This document shows, piece after piece, positions 18,523-27,942 of a DNA stretch of 46,494 nucleotides (positions are counted from its first letter, which is position 1; each line of letters opens with the position of its first letter). Source of the stretch: Halobacteriaceae archaeon (lineage in GTDB: Archaea; Halobacteriota; Halobacteria; Halobacteriales; Halobacteriaceae). The position numbers and the translations under genes are program-made. The stretch is from positions 1 to 46,494 of the forward strand of contig JBDGTS010000030.1 of assembly GCA_042216675.1 (NCBI GenBank), in the 5' to 3' direction. The notes under the pieces were generated by a model. The model was not told the origin of the DNA. It ran no database searches and saw only the letters and a program-made list of their open reading frames with translations.

Positions 18523-20471
18523 AGTTCGGGCACGTTCAGGTAGAACGACCCGTCGCGCGTCTCGACTAGACAGAGATGGTAGCCGCTTTTCCGCGCAGTC
18601 TTCACGAAACTCTCTCGCTTGTCCCGACTCAGGAACCCACCGCCCGTGGCGTCCTGTGCGACCTCTAGAGCGTCCGGCTCGAAGAAGCTCGTGGTCACGT
18701 AGAAAGCGCTGGCCACGTCGGAGTCGCCGGTTGTCACCGCCGTCGCGGCGTCTACCAGTTGCTCCATCATGTCGCCGGTGACCGGTTCGAGGCGGTCGTT
18801 GAGGTCCGCCACCACGAGGGGGTTCCCCATCCGGTCGCGCACCACCACGTCGAAGGTCCGGCGCTCGACGCCGTCGTCGGTTTCCAGTTCGACTTCGCCG
18901 CCGAGTTCCGCCCGGTCGATGTTCGGGATGGCGGCATACAGGTCCTTCAGCGCCGCCTCGTGATCCGTCTCCCGAATCTCGAAGGGGAGGTCCTCGACGA
19001 GCCACTTCACGAAGTTGTACTCGACGGTGTCCTGCAGGAACACCTCGTATGGCGCGCCGTCGACGCGAACGTCATCGCTCTCGAACTGGGTGTGGTGGTC
19101 CAGCCGGAGATTCGAGGTCACCTCGGCAGCCGAAGCGCCGTCAGGCACGTCTTCGAGCGTCGGCTCCCCCCGGGAGCCAAAGCGGACGAACAGGTCCGTG
19201 CCGTCGAGCGCCGTCGCGGCGTCCAGCGACTCGCCCGCGGTGCGACCGCTCGACCCGCCGGTATCGGCCGACCGAGCGGCTTCCAGCTCCGACTGCAGGT
19301 CGGCCACCTCCTCGCGAAGGTCCTCGACCTCCGACTGGAGACGGTCCCGCTCGGTCTCCAGTTCGTCGCGCTCGGCCCGCACGTCGGCCAACCGCTCGCG
19401 CGCGGTTTCGAGATTCTCGGTGCGCTCTTCGAGGGCGGCCTGCAACTTCTCCGCGGCCGTCTGCTGTGGCTGGCGCTCGCGTGCGGCCGTCGTGGCGCTG
19501 TTGCCCGTGGACTCCTCCGGGTCCGGTTCCGTCGCCGTCTCCACCTCGTCCCCGCTCTCGTCGGGCGCCACCGCCGGAATCGAGACGGTTTCCCGCCACG
19601 CTTCCTCCTCGGCGAAGGGGTCCTCGTCCTCCGGCGTCCGGACGTCGTCGCCCGTCTCGGCGCGCGCTTCCGTCTCCCGAGACGCGGGGACCGCGGTTTC
19701 CTCGGCTCGGTCCGCACGCTCGGGGTCCGGGTCGGGCGTGTCAGTCACCGTCTCCGTCGCCGGTTCTGGCTCCGGCTCCGGTTCGGGTTCGGGCTCCGGT
19801 TCGGGTTCTGACTCGGACGCCGGCTCCGGCTCTGGCTCCCGCTTCGATTCCGGCTCGGGCTCTGCTTCCGTCGCCGCGTCTTCCTCTGACTCCTCCGTGG
19901 CGCCGACTCCGACCGCACCGGCGTCTGGTTCGTCGGCTTCCGGCACGTCCTGTACGTCCACGTCGACGCGCACGACTTCGTAGATACCCACCTCGTCCGT
20001 CGCGAGGTCCCACGCCTCCTCGTCGGTCTTCATCTCCTCGCTGGCGCCGACGAAGGCGACGTTCATCCGGTTCCCGCCGTGGTAGACGAGGTAATAGTCG
20101 CCGCTGAGAACGTTCTCGCTGAGTTCCACGTAGCCGGTGAAACTCGCGTCCGAGAGCGTCTGGTCCACCTCGGAGAGCGGCGTGTCGTTGGTGTAGTAGC
20201 GCGCCTGCGTCTCGCCGCCCTGCTCTTGCATCGCCAGCAGAAGCGGGAGCGAGACGTGCGGTGCGGCCGCGGCCGTGGCGGAGGTGCCCCGGAAGTCGTC
20301 TAACTCGCCGCCGAAGACGCCCACCACGCGCCCGTTCAGGAGAAATGCGACCGTCGACCCGGCGTGTACGGCGCCGGAGAACCCCTCGTCCGCGAGGTCG
20401 CGGAGGCCGTCGAACCCCGAGACAGGGCTCGACTCCCACCCCTCGACCTGTTCCAACGTCTGGTCGTCCAT
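18519..20471 (-). CDS. Large acidic multidomain protein (tandem PATAN/DUF2226-like domains, Pro-Glu linker, coiled coil, Mrr-like C-domain)
   Basis: 650-aa ORF with haloarchaeal composition. Domain motifs are described in the findings. Confidence 0.8.
   Translation of the reverse strand: MDDQTLEQVEGWESSPVSGFDGLRDLADEGFSGAVHAGSTVAFLLNGRVVGVFGGELDDFRGTSATAAAAPHVSLPLLLAMQEQGGETQARYYTNDTPLSEVDQTLSDASFTGYVELSENVLSGDYYLVYHGGNRMNVAFVGASEEMKTDEEAWDLATDEVGIYEVVRVDVDVQDVPEADEPDAGAVGVGATEESEEDAATEAEPEPESKREPEPEPASESEPEPEPEPEPEPEPEPATETVTDTPDPDPERADRAEETAVPASRETEARAETGDDVRTPEDEDPFAEEEAWRETVSIPAVAPDESGDEVETATEPDPEESTGNSATTAARERQPQQTAAEKLQAALEERTENLETARERLADVRAERDELETERDRLQSEVEDLREEVADLQSELEAARSADTGGSSGRTAGESLDAATALDGTDLFVRFGSRGEPTLEDVPDGASAAEVTSNLRLDHHTQFESDDVRVDGAPYEVFLQDTVEYNFVKWLVEDLPFEIRETDHEAALKDLYAAIPNIDRAELGGEVELETDDGVERRTFDVVVRDRMGNPLVVADLNDRLEPVTGDMMEQLVDAATAVTTGDSDVASAFYVTTSFFEPDALEVAQDATGGGFLSRDKRESFVKTARKSGYHLCLVETRDGSFYLNVPEL
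19761..19808 (-). repeat. Degenerate 6-bp coding repeat, 8 copies (Glu-Pro)
   Basis: NGGYTC x8 on the plus strand, encoding (EP)8. Confidence 0.85.
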
Positions 20472-20511
20472 ACGGATAAATGCGGAATCGGCCGTTAATA
20501 CGTTTCGGCCG

Positions 20512-20790
20512 CTACAGCTTGGAGCTGGCGTCGTCCGCGAGTTCCTCCATTCGCTTGCTCAGGCGGCCCGCGTTCGAGAACTCGTCTTCGCTCATGGCGT
20601 TCGCGAGGGCGTTGCCGAGGACGAACACCGCGTGCTTGTGCTCGCTCTTGGACTTGTGGACGTGCGAGGGGTCGACGTCGAGTTGCTCGTAGGGCGCGAA
20701 GATGTCGGCGTCGACGTTCTCTTGCTCGCTGAAGTAGTCCTTGATCGTCACCATCTGCTCGTGGAGATCGAGGAGTTCGTCCTTGTGCAT
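20512..20790 (-). CDS. UPF0058 family protein
   Basis: MHKDELL.LH...Y..L.V.PSHVHKSKSEHKHAVF.LG. Confidence 0.85.
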   Translation of the reverse strand: MHKDELLDLHEQMVTIKDYFSEQENVDADIFAPYEQLDVDPSHVHKSKSEHKHAVFVLGNALANAMSEDEFSNAGRLSKRMEELADDASSKL

Positions 20791-20853
20791 GTCCACGTAT
20801 CGGGGCTGAACCGTGTTAACGATTTCTAGAGGGTGAGTGACACGGGTCGCCGG

Positions 20854-21063
20854 TTAGAAGACGTACTCGTCCTCGTGCCCCATCATTCCCTCCTCCTCGA
20901 AGCTCGTTTCGTCCTCGATGGGGCCGCTCGTCTTGTAAGCCTTCAGACCCGACGACAGCAGCTCTTCGACCGCGTCTTCGCGGTTCACGAACTCGCCCTG
21001 CTCGACGAGTTGTGCGATCTTCATCTCGATGTGGTCTGGGACGCTGACCTCGACTTTAGGCAT
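20854..21063 (-). CDS. Small ribbon-helix-helix (CopG/MetJ) protein
   Basis: MPKVEVSVP...LVEQGEFVNREDAVEELL. ATTTAAAT TATA at 21093-21100. Confidence 0.8.
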   Translation of the reverse strand: MPKVEVSVPDHIEMKIAQLVEQGEFVNREDAVEELLSSGLKAYKTSGPIEDETSFEEEGMMGHEDEYVF

Positions 21064-21281
21064 TTACTGTTCGCTTGTTTGACCGGGGGCCTATTTAAAT
21101 TTGACGGGGGGTGTTTCGTGTATGTACCAATCTTTGCTGTTCGACAGCCAGCCTGAGTTTTGGATCGGGAAGGAAATTTTCAAATTCTACCGACACCTGT
21201 CGGGAATCCTACCTCATCGCCCCTCACGAGCCGGTCAGCGGATAGTTAGGGTAAAAGGGGCGCCGGTGTAACGACTCGGTG

Positions 21282-22598
21282 ATGGAAGGCGGCGACGGAC
21301 GTGAGTCGGCGTCGCGGAGTCGCATCGTGAGTCGCGCCCGCCGCGTGGACGCGCCGCTCACGGCCGCACTCGGCGCGTTCGACGGCCCGCGCGTAGCATG
21401 GCTCCCACCCGAGGGCCCGGCAGTCGCGGGGCGTGGCGCCGCGGCGACGGTTCGCGCCGAGGGACCTGACCGCTTCGAAACAGTCGAGGCACGCTCGCGT
21501 GCTCTCCTTGGAGACGTCGACGCGACGGACGGCCCCGGGCCGCGGCTGTTCGGGGGCTTCGCCTTCACGCACGACCACGACGGCGCGGCCCCGTGGACCG
21601 GCTTTCCGGACGCCTACTTTCTGCTCCCACGCGTCCAACTCGCCCGCGACGACGGAACGACGTGGCTTCGCGTCACCGAAGTCGGCCCGGACGCGTCTGC
21701 CGACGCCGTCGAACAGACGCTTTCGGACGCCGCCGAGACAGTGGCCGACGCCACACCGGCCGACGACGCCCCGCCGGGTGTGACGGCGACCGAGCGAACG
21801 CCCTCGCGCGACGAGTGGCGGCGGCAGGTCCGCGCGGCCGTCGAGCGCATTCGGGACGGTGACCTGCGCAAGGTGGTCCTCGCGAGCGCGCTCGCCGCGA
21901 CGCTCGACTCGCCGTTCGAACTCGGGGCCGCCGTCTCCCGCATGGCCCGACACTACGAGAACTGCTATCGCTTCGCCGTCGACCCGGACGCCGGCGCGGC
22001 GTTCTTCGGCGCGACCCCGGAGCGCCTCGTCCGCAAGCGCGGCGACACCGTCGAGACGGAGGCGCTCGCCGGGTCTATCGCCCGCGGTGAGGCGCCCGCC
22101 GAGGACGAAGCGCTCGCCGACCGCCTCCGGGGAAGCGAGAAAGACCAACACGAACACCGCCTCGTCGTGAAGGCCATCAGCGAGCAGTTGACTCCCGTCG
22201 CCGACGACGTTCGCGTCGGACGGCAGTCGATTCGCGCCCTCGACACCGTCCAGCACCTCCACACGCCCATCACGGCCGACGTGGCGCCGGACCGGCACGT
22301 CCTCGACGTGGTGCGACGCCTCCACCCCACCCCTGCCGTCGGCGGTCTCCCCCCGGACGCGGCGCTCCGGACCATCCGCGAGGCCGAGTCCTTCGACCGG
22401 GGCTGGTACGCCGCGCCGGTGGGCTGGATCGGTCCCGACGGCGACGGCGCCTTCGCGGTGGGCATCCGCTCGGGAGTGGCCGAGGGCCGCGAGGCGACGC
22501 TGTTCGCCGGCAACGGCATCGTCGCCGACAGTGATCCGGACGAGGAGTGGGAGGAGGTACAACTGAAGTTCCGCCCGATGCTCGACCATCTCAGATGA
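21282..22598 (+). CDS. menF: Isochorismate synthase
   Basis: FGGFAF, KVVLA, FFGATPERL, EALAGS, EH..V, LHPTPAVGG, RGWYAAPVGW, AGNGIVADS. Confidence 0.92.
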   Translation: MEGGDGRESASRSRIVSRARRVDAPLTAALGAFDGPRVAWLPPEGPAVAGRGAAATVRAEGPDRFETVEARSRALLGDVDATDGPGPRLFGGFAFTHDHDGAAPWTGFPDAYFLLPRVQLARDDGTTWLRVTEVGPDASADAVEQTLSDAAETVADATPADDAPPGVTATERTPSRDEWRRQVRAAVERIRDGDLRKVVLASALAATLDSPFELGAAVSRMARHYENCYRFAVDPDAGAAFFGATPERLVRKRGDTVETEALAGSIARGEAPAEDEALADRLRGSEKDQHEHRLVVKAISEQLTPVADDVRVGRQSIRALDTVQHLHTPITADVAPDRHVLDVVRRLHPTPAVGGLPPDAALRTIREAESFDRGWYAAPVGWIGPDGDGAFAVGIRSGVAEGREATLFAGNGIVADSDPDEEWEEVQLKFRPMLDHLR

Positions 22599-24337
22599 CC
22601 GCACCGAACACCGCGACCCTCTGGGGCGAGACCATCGCCGACGAACTCGCGGCCGCCGGCGTCGACGCCGTCTGCGTCGCGCCCGGGAGTCGCTCCACGC
22701 CGCTCACGATGGCCGTCGCCGCACACGAGGAGATTCGCGTCTACTCGCACCTCGACGAGCGCTCGGCGGCGTACTTCGCCCTTGGCCGAGCCAAGCGCAC
22801 CGGCCGCCCGACCCCCCTCGTCTGCACCTCGGGCACCGCGGCGGCGAACTTCCACCCGGCGGTCATGGAAGCCGACGAGGCCCGCGTCCCGATGCTCCTG
22901 TTGACCGCCGACCGGCCTCCGGAACTCCACGACAGCGGCGCGAACCAGACGGCCGACCAGACGAAACTGTACGGCGACAGCGTGCGCTCGTTCCGGTCGC
23001 TCCCCGAACCAGAGGCCGACGCGCGGAAACTCCGGTCGCTCCGCACGACAGTCGCGCGCGCGGTCGCCACCGCCACGGGGACTCCGCCCGGCCCGGTCCA
23101 CCTGAACGTCCCCCTCCGGAAGCCACTCGAACCGACACCCGTCGAGGGCAGTATCCCCGAGGACGTCGCTGACCGCGCGCCCGAGGCCGTCGAGGGCCGG
23201 GACGGGCCGTTCGTCAGCGTCGATTCGGGAGCGCCCGCGCCCCCCGAACCGGCCGTCACCGACGTTGTGGCCGCCCTCGACGCCGCCGACCGACCGCTCG
23301 TCGTCTGCGGCCCGGCGGACGCGCCGACGCCCGGCACGGACTCGCTGGTCGCCCTCGCGGACGCGACTGACGCGCCCGTCCTCGCCGACCCGCTCTCGGG
23401 CCATCGCTTTGGTCCCGTGGACGCCTGTGGCGGGTACGACGCCTACCTCGACGGGCGCGTGACCGAGCGCTGGCCCGACCCGGACGCCGTCGTCCGGTTC
23501 GGCGCCTCGCCCACCTCGAAGCCGCTCCGCCGATACCTCGCCCGGACGGGCGCTCGACAGTTCCTCGTGGACCCGGCGGGCGGATGGCGAGAAGCCGAGT
23601 TCCGCGCGACGGACCTCGTGACGGCCGACGAATCGGCATTCGCGCGCGCCGTCGCGGAGCGCGTCGACTCGGCGGGCGTCTCGGCGTGGCGCGAGCGGTT
23701 CCGAGAGGCTGAGCGCACTCACTGGCGTCTCGCGGCCGACGCCGACCCAGCGATGGAGGGGTCGCTCCTCGCTGCCGTCGCGGACCGGACCCCGGACCCA
23801 GCGACGGTGTTCGTCTCGAACAGCATGCCGGTCCGTGATTTGGACCGCTTCGGCGCGCCCCGCGACGCCGACGTGCGCGTGTTCGGCAACCGCGGCGTCA
23901 GCGGCATCGACGGCATCACGAGTACCGCCCTCGGCGCCGGGTCGGCCACCGCGGACCCCCTCGTCCTCGTGACGGGTGACCTCGCGTACTACCACGACAT
24001 GAACGGCCTCCTCGCACTCGGGCGGTGTGACGTCGACGCGACCATCGTCCTCGTGAACAACGACGGCGGCGGCATCTTCCACATGCTCCCCGTCGAGGAG
24101 TTCGACCCGCCGTTCACCGAGCAGTTCCGCACGCCACACGGCCTCGACTTCGATCCGACCGCGGACCTCTACGACCTCGATTTCGAGCGCGTGGCGCCCG
24201 CGGACTTCCCGACACGCTTTGAGGCAGTCGTCGGCGACGGCACGACGGTCCTCGAAGTCGAGACGGACGCCGAGGCGAGTCACCGCGCCCGCGAGGCCCT
24301 GCAGGACCGCCTCGTCGATGCGCTCGCCGACGAGTAG
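22595..24337 (+). CDS. menD: SEPHCHC synthase (ThDP-dependent)
   Basis: PGSRSTPL, DERSAAYFALG, CTSGTAAAN, TADRPPEL, NRGVSGIDG, GDLA..HDMNGL, NNDGGGIF. ATGA overlap with menF. Confidence 0.95.
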   Translation: MTAPNTATLWGETIADELAAAGVDAVCVAPGSRSTPLTMAVAAHEEIRVYSHLDERSAAYFALGRAKRTGRPTPLVCTSGTAAANFHPAVMEADEARVPMLLLTADRPPELHDSGANQTADQTKLYGDSVRSFRSLPEPEADARKLRSLRTTVARAVATATGTPPGPVHLNVPLRKPLEPTPVEGSIPEDVADRAPEAVEGRDGPFVSVDSGAPAPPEPAVTDVVAALDAADRPLVVCGPADAPTPGTDSLVALADATDAPVLADPLSGHRFGPVDACGGYDAYLDGRVTERWPDPDAVVRFGASPTSKPLRRYLARTGARQFLVDPAGGWREAEFRATDLVTADESAFARAVAERVDSAGVSAWRERFREAERTHWRLAADADPAMEGSLLAAVADRTPDPATVFVSNSMPVRDLDRFGAPRDADVRVFGNRGVSGIDGITSTALGAGSATADPLVLVTGDLAYYHDMNGLLALGRCDVDATIVLVNNDGGGIFHMLPVEEFDPPFTEQFRTPHGLDFDPTADLYDLDFERVAPADFPTRFEAVVGDGTTVLEVETDAEASHRAREALQDRLVDALADE

Positions 24338-24367
24338 CTTTTTGCGCGAACCGGCGGAGAAGTCGGT

Positions 24368-25243
24368 ATGGTCTCTGCCATCTTCGACCCGGAGCGCTGG
24401 GAACCCGTCGACCTGAACGAGGCGTTCGCGGACATCACATACCATCGCGCGACGGACGGCGCGGCAGTCCGCATCGCCTTCGACCGACCGGACGTGCGCA
24501 ACGCCTTCCGCCCGCGCACGGTGGACGAACTCGCGACGGCGCTGGACCACGCGAAGCGCCAGACGGACGTCGGCTGTGTCCTCCTCACTGGCAACGGCCC
24601 CGCCGAGGACGGCGGCTGGGCGTTCAGCTCCGGCGGCGACCAGTCTATCCGCGGCGAGTCCGGCTACGAGTACGACGACGAGGGCGAGGTGGGCCGCCTC
24701 CACATCCTCGAAGTGCAGCGCGCGATTCGCTTCATGCCCAAGCCAGTCGTCGCCGTCGTTTCCGGGTGGGCCGTGGGCGGTGGCCACTCGCTTCACGTCG
24801 TCTGTGACCTGACCATCGCGAGCGAGGAGCACGCGACGTTCAAGCAGAGCGACGCCAACGTCGCCTCCTTCGACGCCGGCTTCGGGTCGGCGTATCTCGC
24901 ACAGGAAATCGGACAGAAGCGCGCCCGCGAAATCTTCTTCCTCGAACAGGAGTACGACGCCGCGGAGGCCGCCGACATAGGGATGGTGAACGAGGTGGTC
25001 CCTCACGACGAACTGGAGGACGTGGCGCTGGAGTGGGCCGACACGATGGCCTCGAAGTCACCCACCGCGATTCGGATGCTGAAGTACGCGATGAACATGG
25101 CCGACGACGGGATGGTCGGCCAGCAGGTGTTCGCCGGCGAGGCGACTCGCCTCGCCTACATGACCGAGGAGGCCGAGGAGGGCCGCAGAGCCTTCATGGA
25201 GGGCCGGGAACCCGACTTCTCGGAGTTCCCGTGGTACTACTGA
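24368..25243 (+). CDS. menB: 1,4-dihydroxy-2-naphthoyl-CoA synthase
   Basis: RPDVRNAFRP, FSSGGDQ, GWAVGGGHSL, VASFDAGFG, GQKRAREI. Confidence 0.95.
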   Translation: MVSAIFDPERWEPVDLNEAFADITYHRATDGAAVRIAFDRPDVRNAFRPRTVDELATALDHAKRQTDVGCVLLTGNGPAEDGGWAFSSGGDQSIRGESGYEYDDEGEVGRLHILEVQRAIRFMPKPVVAVVSGWAVGGGHSLHVVCDLTIASEEHATFKQSDANVASFDAGFGSAYLAQEIGQKRAREIFFLEQEYDAAEAADIGMVNEVVPHDELEDVALEWADTMASKSPTAIRMLKYAMNMADDGMVGQQVFAGEATRLAYMTEEAEEGRRAFMEGREPDFSEFPWYY

Positions 25244-25249
25244 CCCCGC

Positions 25250-26353
25250 CTACACCAGCTCGACGCCGTGGATCTCGAAGCGCGCCCCGCCCGCTTCGCC
25301 CTCGGACACCGTTATCTCCCAGTCGTGGGCGTTGACCACTTCGGAGACGATCATGAGGCCGAGTCCGGTGCCCTCGTCGGACGTGGAGTAACCAGTCTCG
25401 AACACGTCCTCACGCTCCCCTTCGGGGACGCCGGGGCCGTCGTCCGCGACGTAGAGAACGCCCGCGTCGTCGACGCCCACCGTGACTGTCACGCCCTCCT
25501 CGCGAGCGTCCCCCGAACCGTTCTCGACGGCTTCATCCGCGGCCCGACTGCCGGTCGAGCCATGCTCGACGGCGTTCCGAAGCAAATTTTCCAGCAGTTG
25601 CATCACGCGGTTCTCGTCGGCGCGGATTCGGCCCTCGACTTCGACTCGCAGGTCCGCGTTCGGCGTCTCGACGGACTGCCAGCACCGCCGGACGAGCGGT
25701 TCGAGATCGACCTCGCCGGTCGTGTCGATGCTCTCCCCTTGCCGGGCCAGCGTCAGCAGGTCGTCGATGAGGGCCTCCATCCGGTCGAGCGCCCCCGCCA
25801 CGTCGTCGAGGTCGTCCGTCCCGGCGTCGCTGTTCCGCGCGAGGTCGAGGCGCCCTTTCGCGACGTTCAGGGGGTTTCGCAGGTCGTGTGACACCACGCT
25901 CGCGAACTTGTCGAGGCGCTCGTTCTGCCGCCGCAGTTCCGCTTCCTGCCGGTGGCGCTCGATGGCGTACCGGAGCGACCGGGCGAGCATGTCGGCGTCG
26001 AGGTCGTCTTTCAGGATGTAGTCCTGCGCGCCGCGCTGAATCGCCGTGACCGCCGTCTCGCGGTCGTCGAGGCCGGTGAGGACGACGATGGGGAGCCGCG
26101 GGTCCTCGGCGAGGACGCGTTCGAGCGTGGTCAGCCCTGCGCTCTCGGGCAGGCCGAGGTCCAGAAACAGGATGTCGTGGTCGCCCTCCCGTAGCGTCGT
26201 CAACCCGTCGGTGAGCGACGTTTCGTGGTGGAGTCGCACGTCGCTCGCGATGTCGGCGACGTGGGACGCGTTGAGGTGATGCTCCACGAGTCGGGCGTCG
26301 CCCGGGTTGTCCTCTACCAGCAACACGTCGAGTGACGTCGCCGTGCCTGCCAT
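25250..26353 (-). CDS. Hybrid response regulator / histidine kinase (REC-HisKA-HATPase)
   Basis: VLLVEDNPGD, FLDLGLP, GAQDYILK; SHDLRNPL; ENLLRNAVEHG, DDGPG, GTGLGL. Start is the ATG at 26353 or the GTG at 26359. Confidence 0.92.
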   Translation of the reverse strand: MAGTATSLDVLLVEDNPGDARLVEHHLNASHVADIASDVRLHHETSLTDGLTTLREGDHDILFLDLGLPESAGLTTLERVLAEDPRLPIVVLTGLDDRETAVTAIQRGAQDYILKDDLDADMLARSLRYAIERHRQEAELRRQNERLDKFASVVSHDLRNPLNVAKGRLDLARNSDAGTDDLDDVAGALDRMEALIDDLLTLARQGESIDTTGEVDLEPLVRRCWQSVETPNADLRVEVEGRIRADENRVMQLLENLLRNAVEHGSTGSRAADEAVENGSGDAREEGVTVTVGVDDAGVLYVADDGPGVPEGEREDVFETGYSTSDEGTGLGLMIVSEVVNAHDWEITVSEGEAGGARFEIHGVELV

Positions 26354-26355
26354 GC

Positions 26356-26793
26356 TCACTCGGGGGGCATCTTGACGACGGACAGCCAGAACTCCTCGAA
26401 TCCGTTGACGATTTCCAGAAAGCCCTGGAAGTCCACAGGCTTCGTCAGGTAGGCGTTAGCCTGCAGTTCGTAGGACTTCACCATGTCTTCTTCGGCCTCG
26501 GAGCTGGTGAGGACGATGACCGGGATGCGGCTGAGGTCCGGGTCCGACTTCAGGTCCTCAAGCACGTCCCAGCCGTCCTTTCGGGGCATGTTGAGGTCCA
26601 GCAACACGAGGTCCGGGCGCGGCTTGTCCGCGTGGTCGCCCTCCTGCCGGAGGAAACGCATCGCCTCGACGCCGTCCGGCACGACGTGCAGATTGTTGAG
26701 GATGTTCCCTTGGTCGAAGGCCTTCTGCGTGAGTTTCGCGTCCCCCGGATTGTCCTCCGCCAGAAGCACCTCGACCGGTTCGCCGTCGGTCAT
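26356..26793 (-). CDS. Single-domain response regulator, Rcp1-type
   Basis: LLAEDNPGDA.LT, RPDLVLLDLNMPRKDG, IPVIVLTSS, SYELQANAYLTKPVDF. Confidence 0.92.
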   Translation of the reverse strand: MTDGEPVEVLLAEDNPGDAKLTQKAFDQGNILNNLHVVPDGVEAMRFLRQEGDHADKPRPDLVLLDLNMPRKDGWDVLEDLKSDPDLSRIPVIVLTSSEAEEDMVKSYELQANAYLTKPVDFQGFLEIVNGFEEFWLSVVKMPPE

Positions 26794-27942
26794 GGCTCCG
26801 CCTCCGTTCGCACGGCGGCCGGGTCTTTCGGGAGCGTGAACTTGAACGTCGCCCCCTCGCCCGCTTCGGATTCCACCCAAATCTCGCCGCCGTGCCGCTG
26901 GACGATGCGCTGAGTGACAGCCAGTCCGATGGCGGTGTTCTCCCCGCCCGCCGCGCTGGCGCCCTTCGTGAAGATGTTGAAGATGTCGTCCTGTTGGCTG
27001 GCCTCGATGCCGGGGCCGTTGTCCGAGACGGCGATGACGTAGTCGCCGTCGCGCTCCGTCGCCGAGACGGCGATTTCCGGCACGCCGTCCTCGCTCGCGT
27101 GTTGGATGGCGTTCTTCAGCAGGTTCTGAAACACCTGCCCGAGTTGGTCGCGGTCGGCCACCACCGTCGGCAGGTCCTCGACGGACAGGTCGGCGTCGTG
27201 GTCTTCGATGAGCAGTTCGAGGTCCTTCGCGTCGTCGCGAACACCTCGTTCACGTCCGTCTCGGTGAACTCGCCGGCCTCCGTGTGGACGCGGGAGTAGT
27301 CGAGCAGGGAGTTTATCATCCGCTTCATCCGGCGCGCGCCGTTGACCGCGAACTCCATGTACTCCTCGGCTTCGTCGTCTAACTGGTCGCCGTACTCCGT
27401 CTCCAACAGGTCGACGTAACTGGACACCATCCGAAGGGGCTCTTGCAGGTCGTGGGAGGCGATGTACGCGAACTCCCGCAGGCTCTCGTTGGACCGTTCG
27501 GGTCCGTCTTGCGCTGTTCGAGGCGCCGTTCGTACTCCTTTCGCCGGGTCACGTCGCGCGTGTAGCCGGCGAGATACTCGACGTCGCCCGACTCGTCGTA
27601 CACCGGTTCACCCTGCACCCAGACCCACGTCTCGTAGTCTTCCTCGGGGTTGACGCGGAATTCGAGTTCGACCTCCTCACCTGAGGCCATCCGCTCCAGC
27701 GCCGCCTGTACCTCCGCTTTGTCGTCCGGATGGACCGCCTCCAGAAAGGCCGTCGGCTCCGCCTTCAGTCGCTCGACGCTCTGCCCGAAGATGTCCTCGT
27801 AGGCGGAGTTGACGAAGACGAGTTCCTCCACGTCGTGAGAGAACATCCACATCGAGTCGTCCGTCGCCTCGGTGAGCTGTTCGAGCATGCGGGAGTCGTC
27901 GGGGCGACTCGACGCTGTGGCATCCGTCCGGTCCTGGCTCAT
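26790..27942 (-). pseudogene. PAS/PAC histidine kinase split by two 1-nt deletions (or sequencing errors)
   Basis: PAS (FVNSAYEDIFG...VHPDD...WVWVQG...RDVT), HisKA (FAYIASHDLQEPLRMVSSY) and HATPase (QVFQNLLKNA, DNGPG) lie in three different frames. Breaks at about 27500 and about 27228. Confidence 0.85.

Noticed and set aside
20833-21156. 107-aa plus-strand ORF
   Set aside because: Antisense to the conserved RHH gene and runs across its promoter; non-halophilic composition.
21965-25006. 1013-aa minus-strand ORF
   Set aside because: Antisense shadow of menF, menD and menB. Arg/Val/Gly-rich with no motifs; expected in high-GC DNA.
27200-27520. Programmed frameshifting in the kinase
   Set aside because: No slippery heptamer or obvious stimulatory structure at either break. 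Two successive shifts would be needed, and a G2-box substitution is also present.
27540-27900. PAS domain as a LOV or phytochrome light sensor
   Set aside because: No GxNCRFLQ motif, no GAF/PHY domain and no chromophore Cys.
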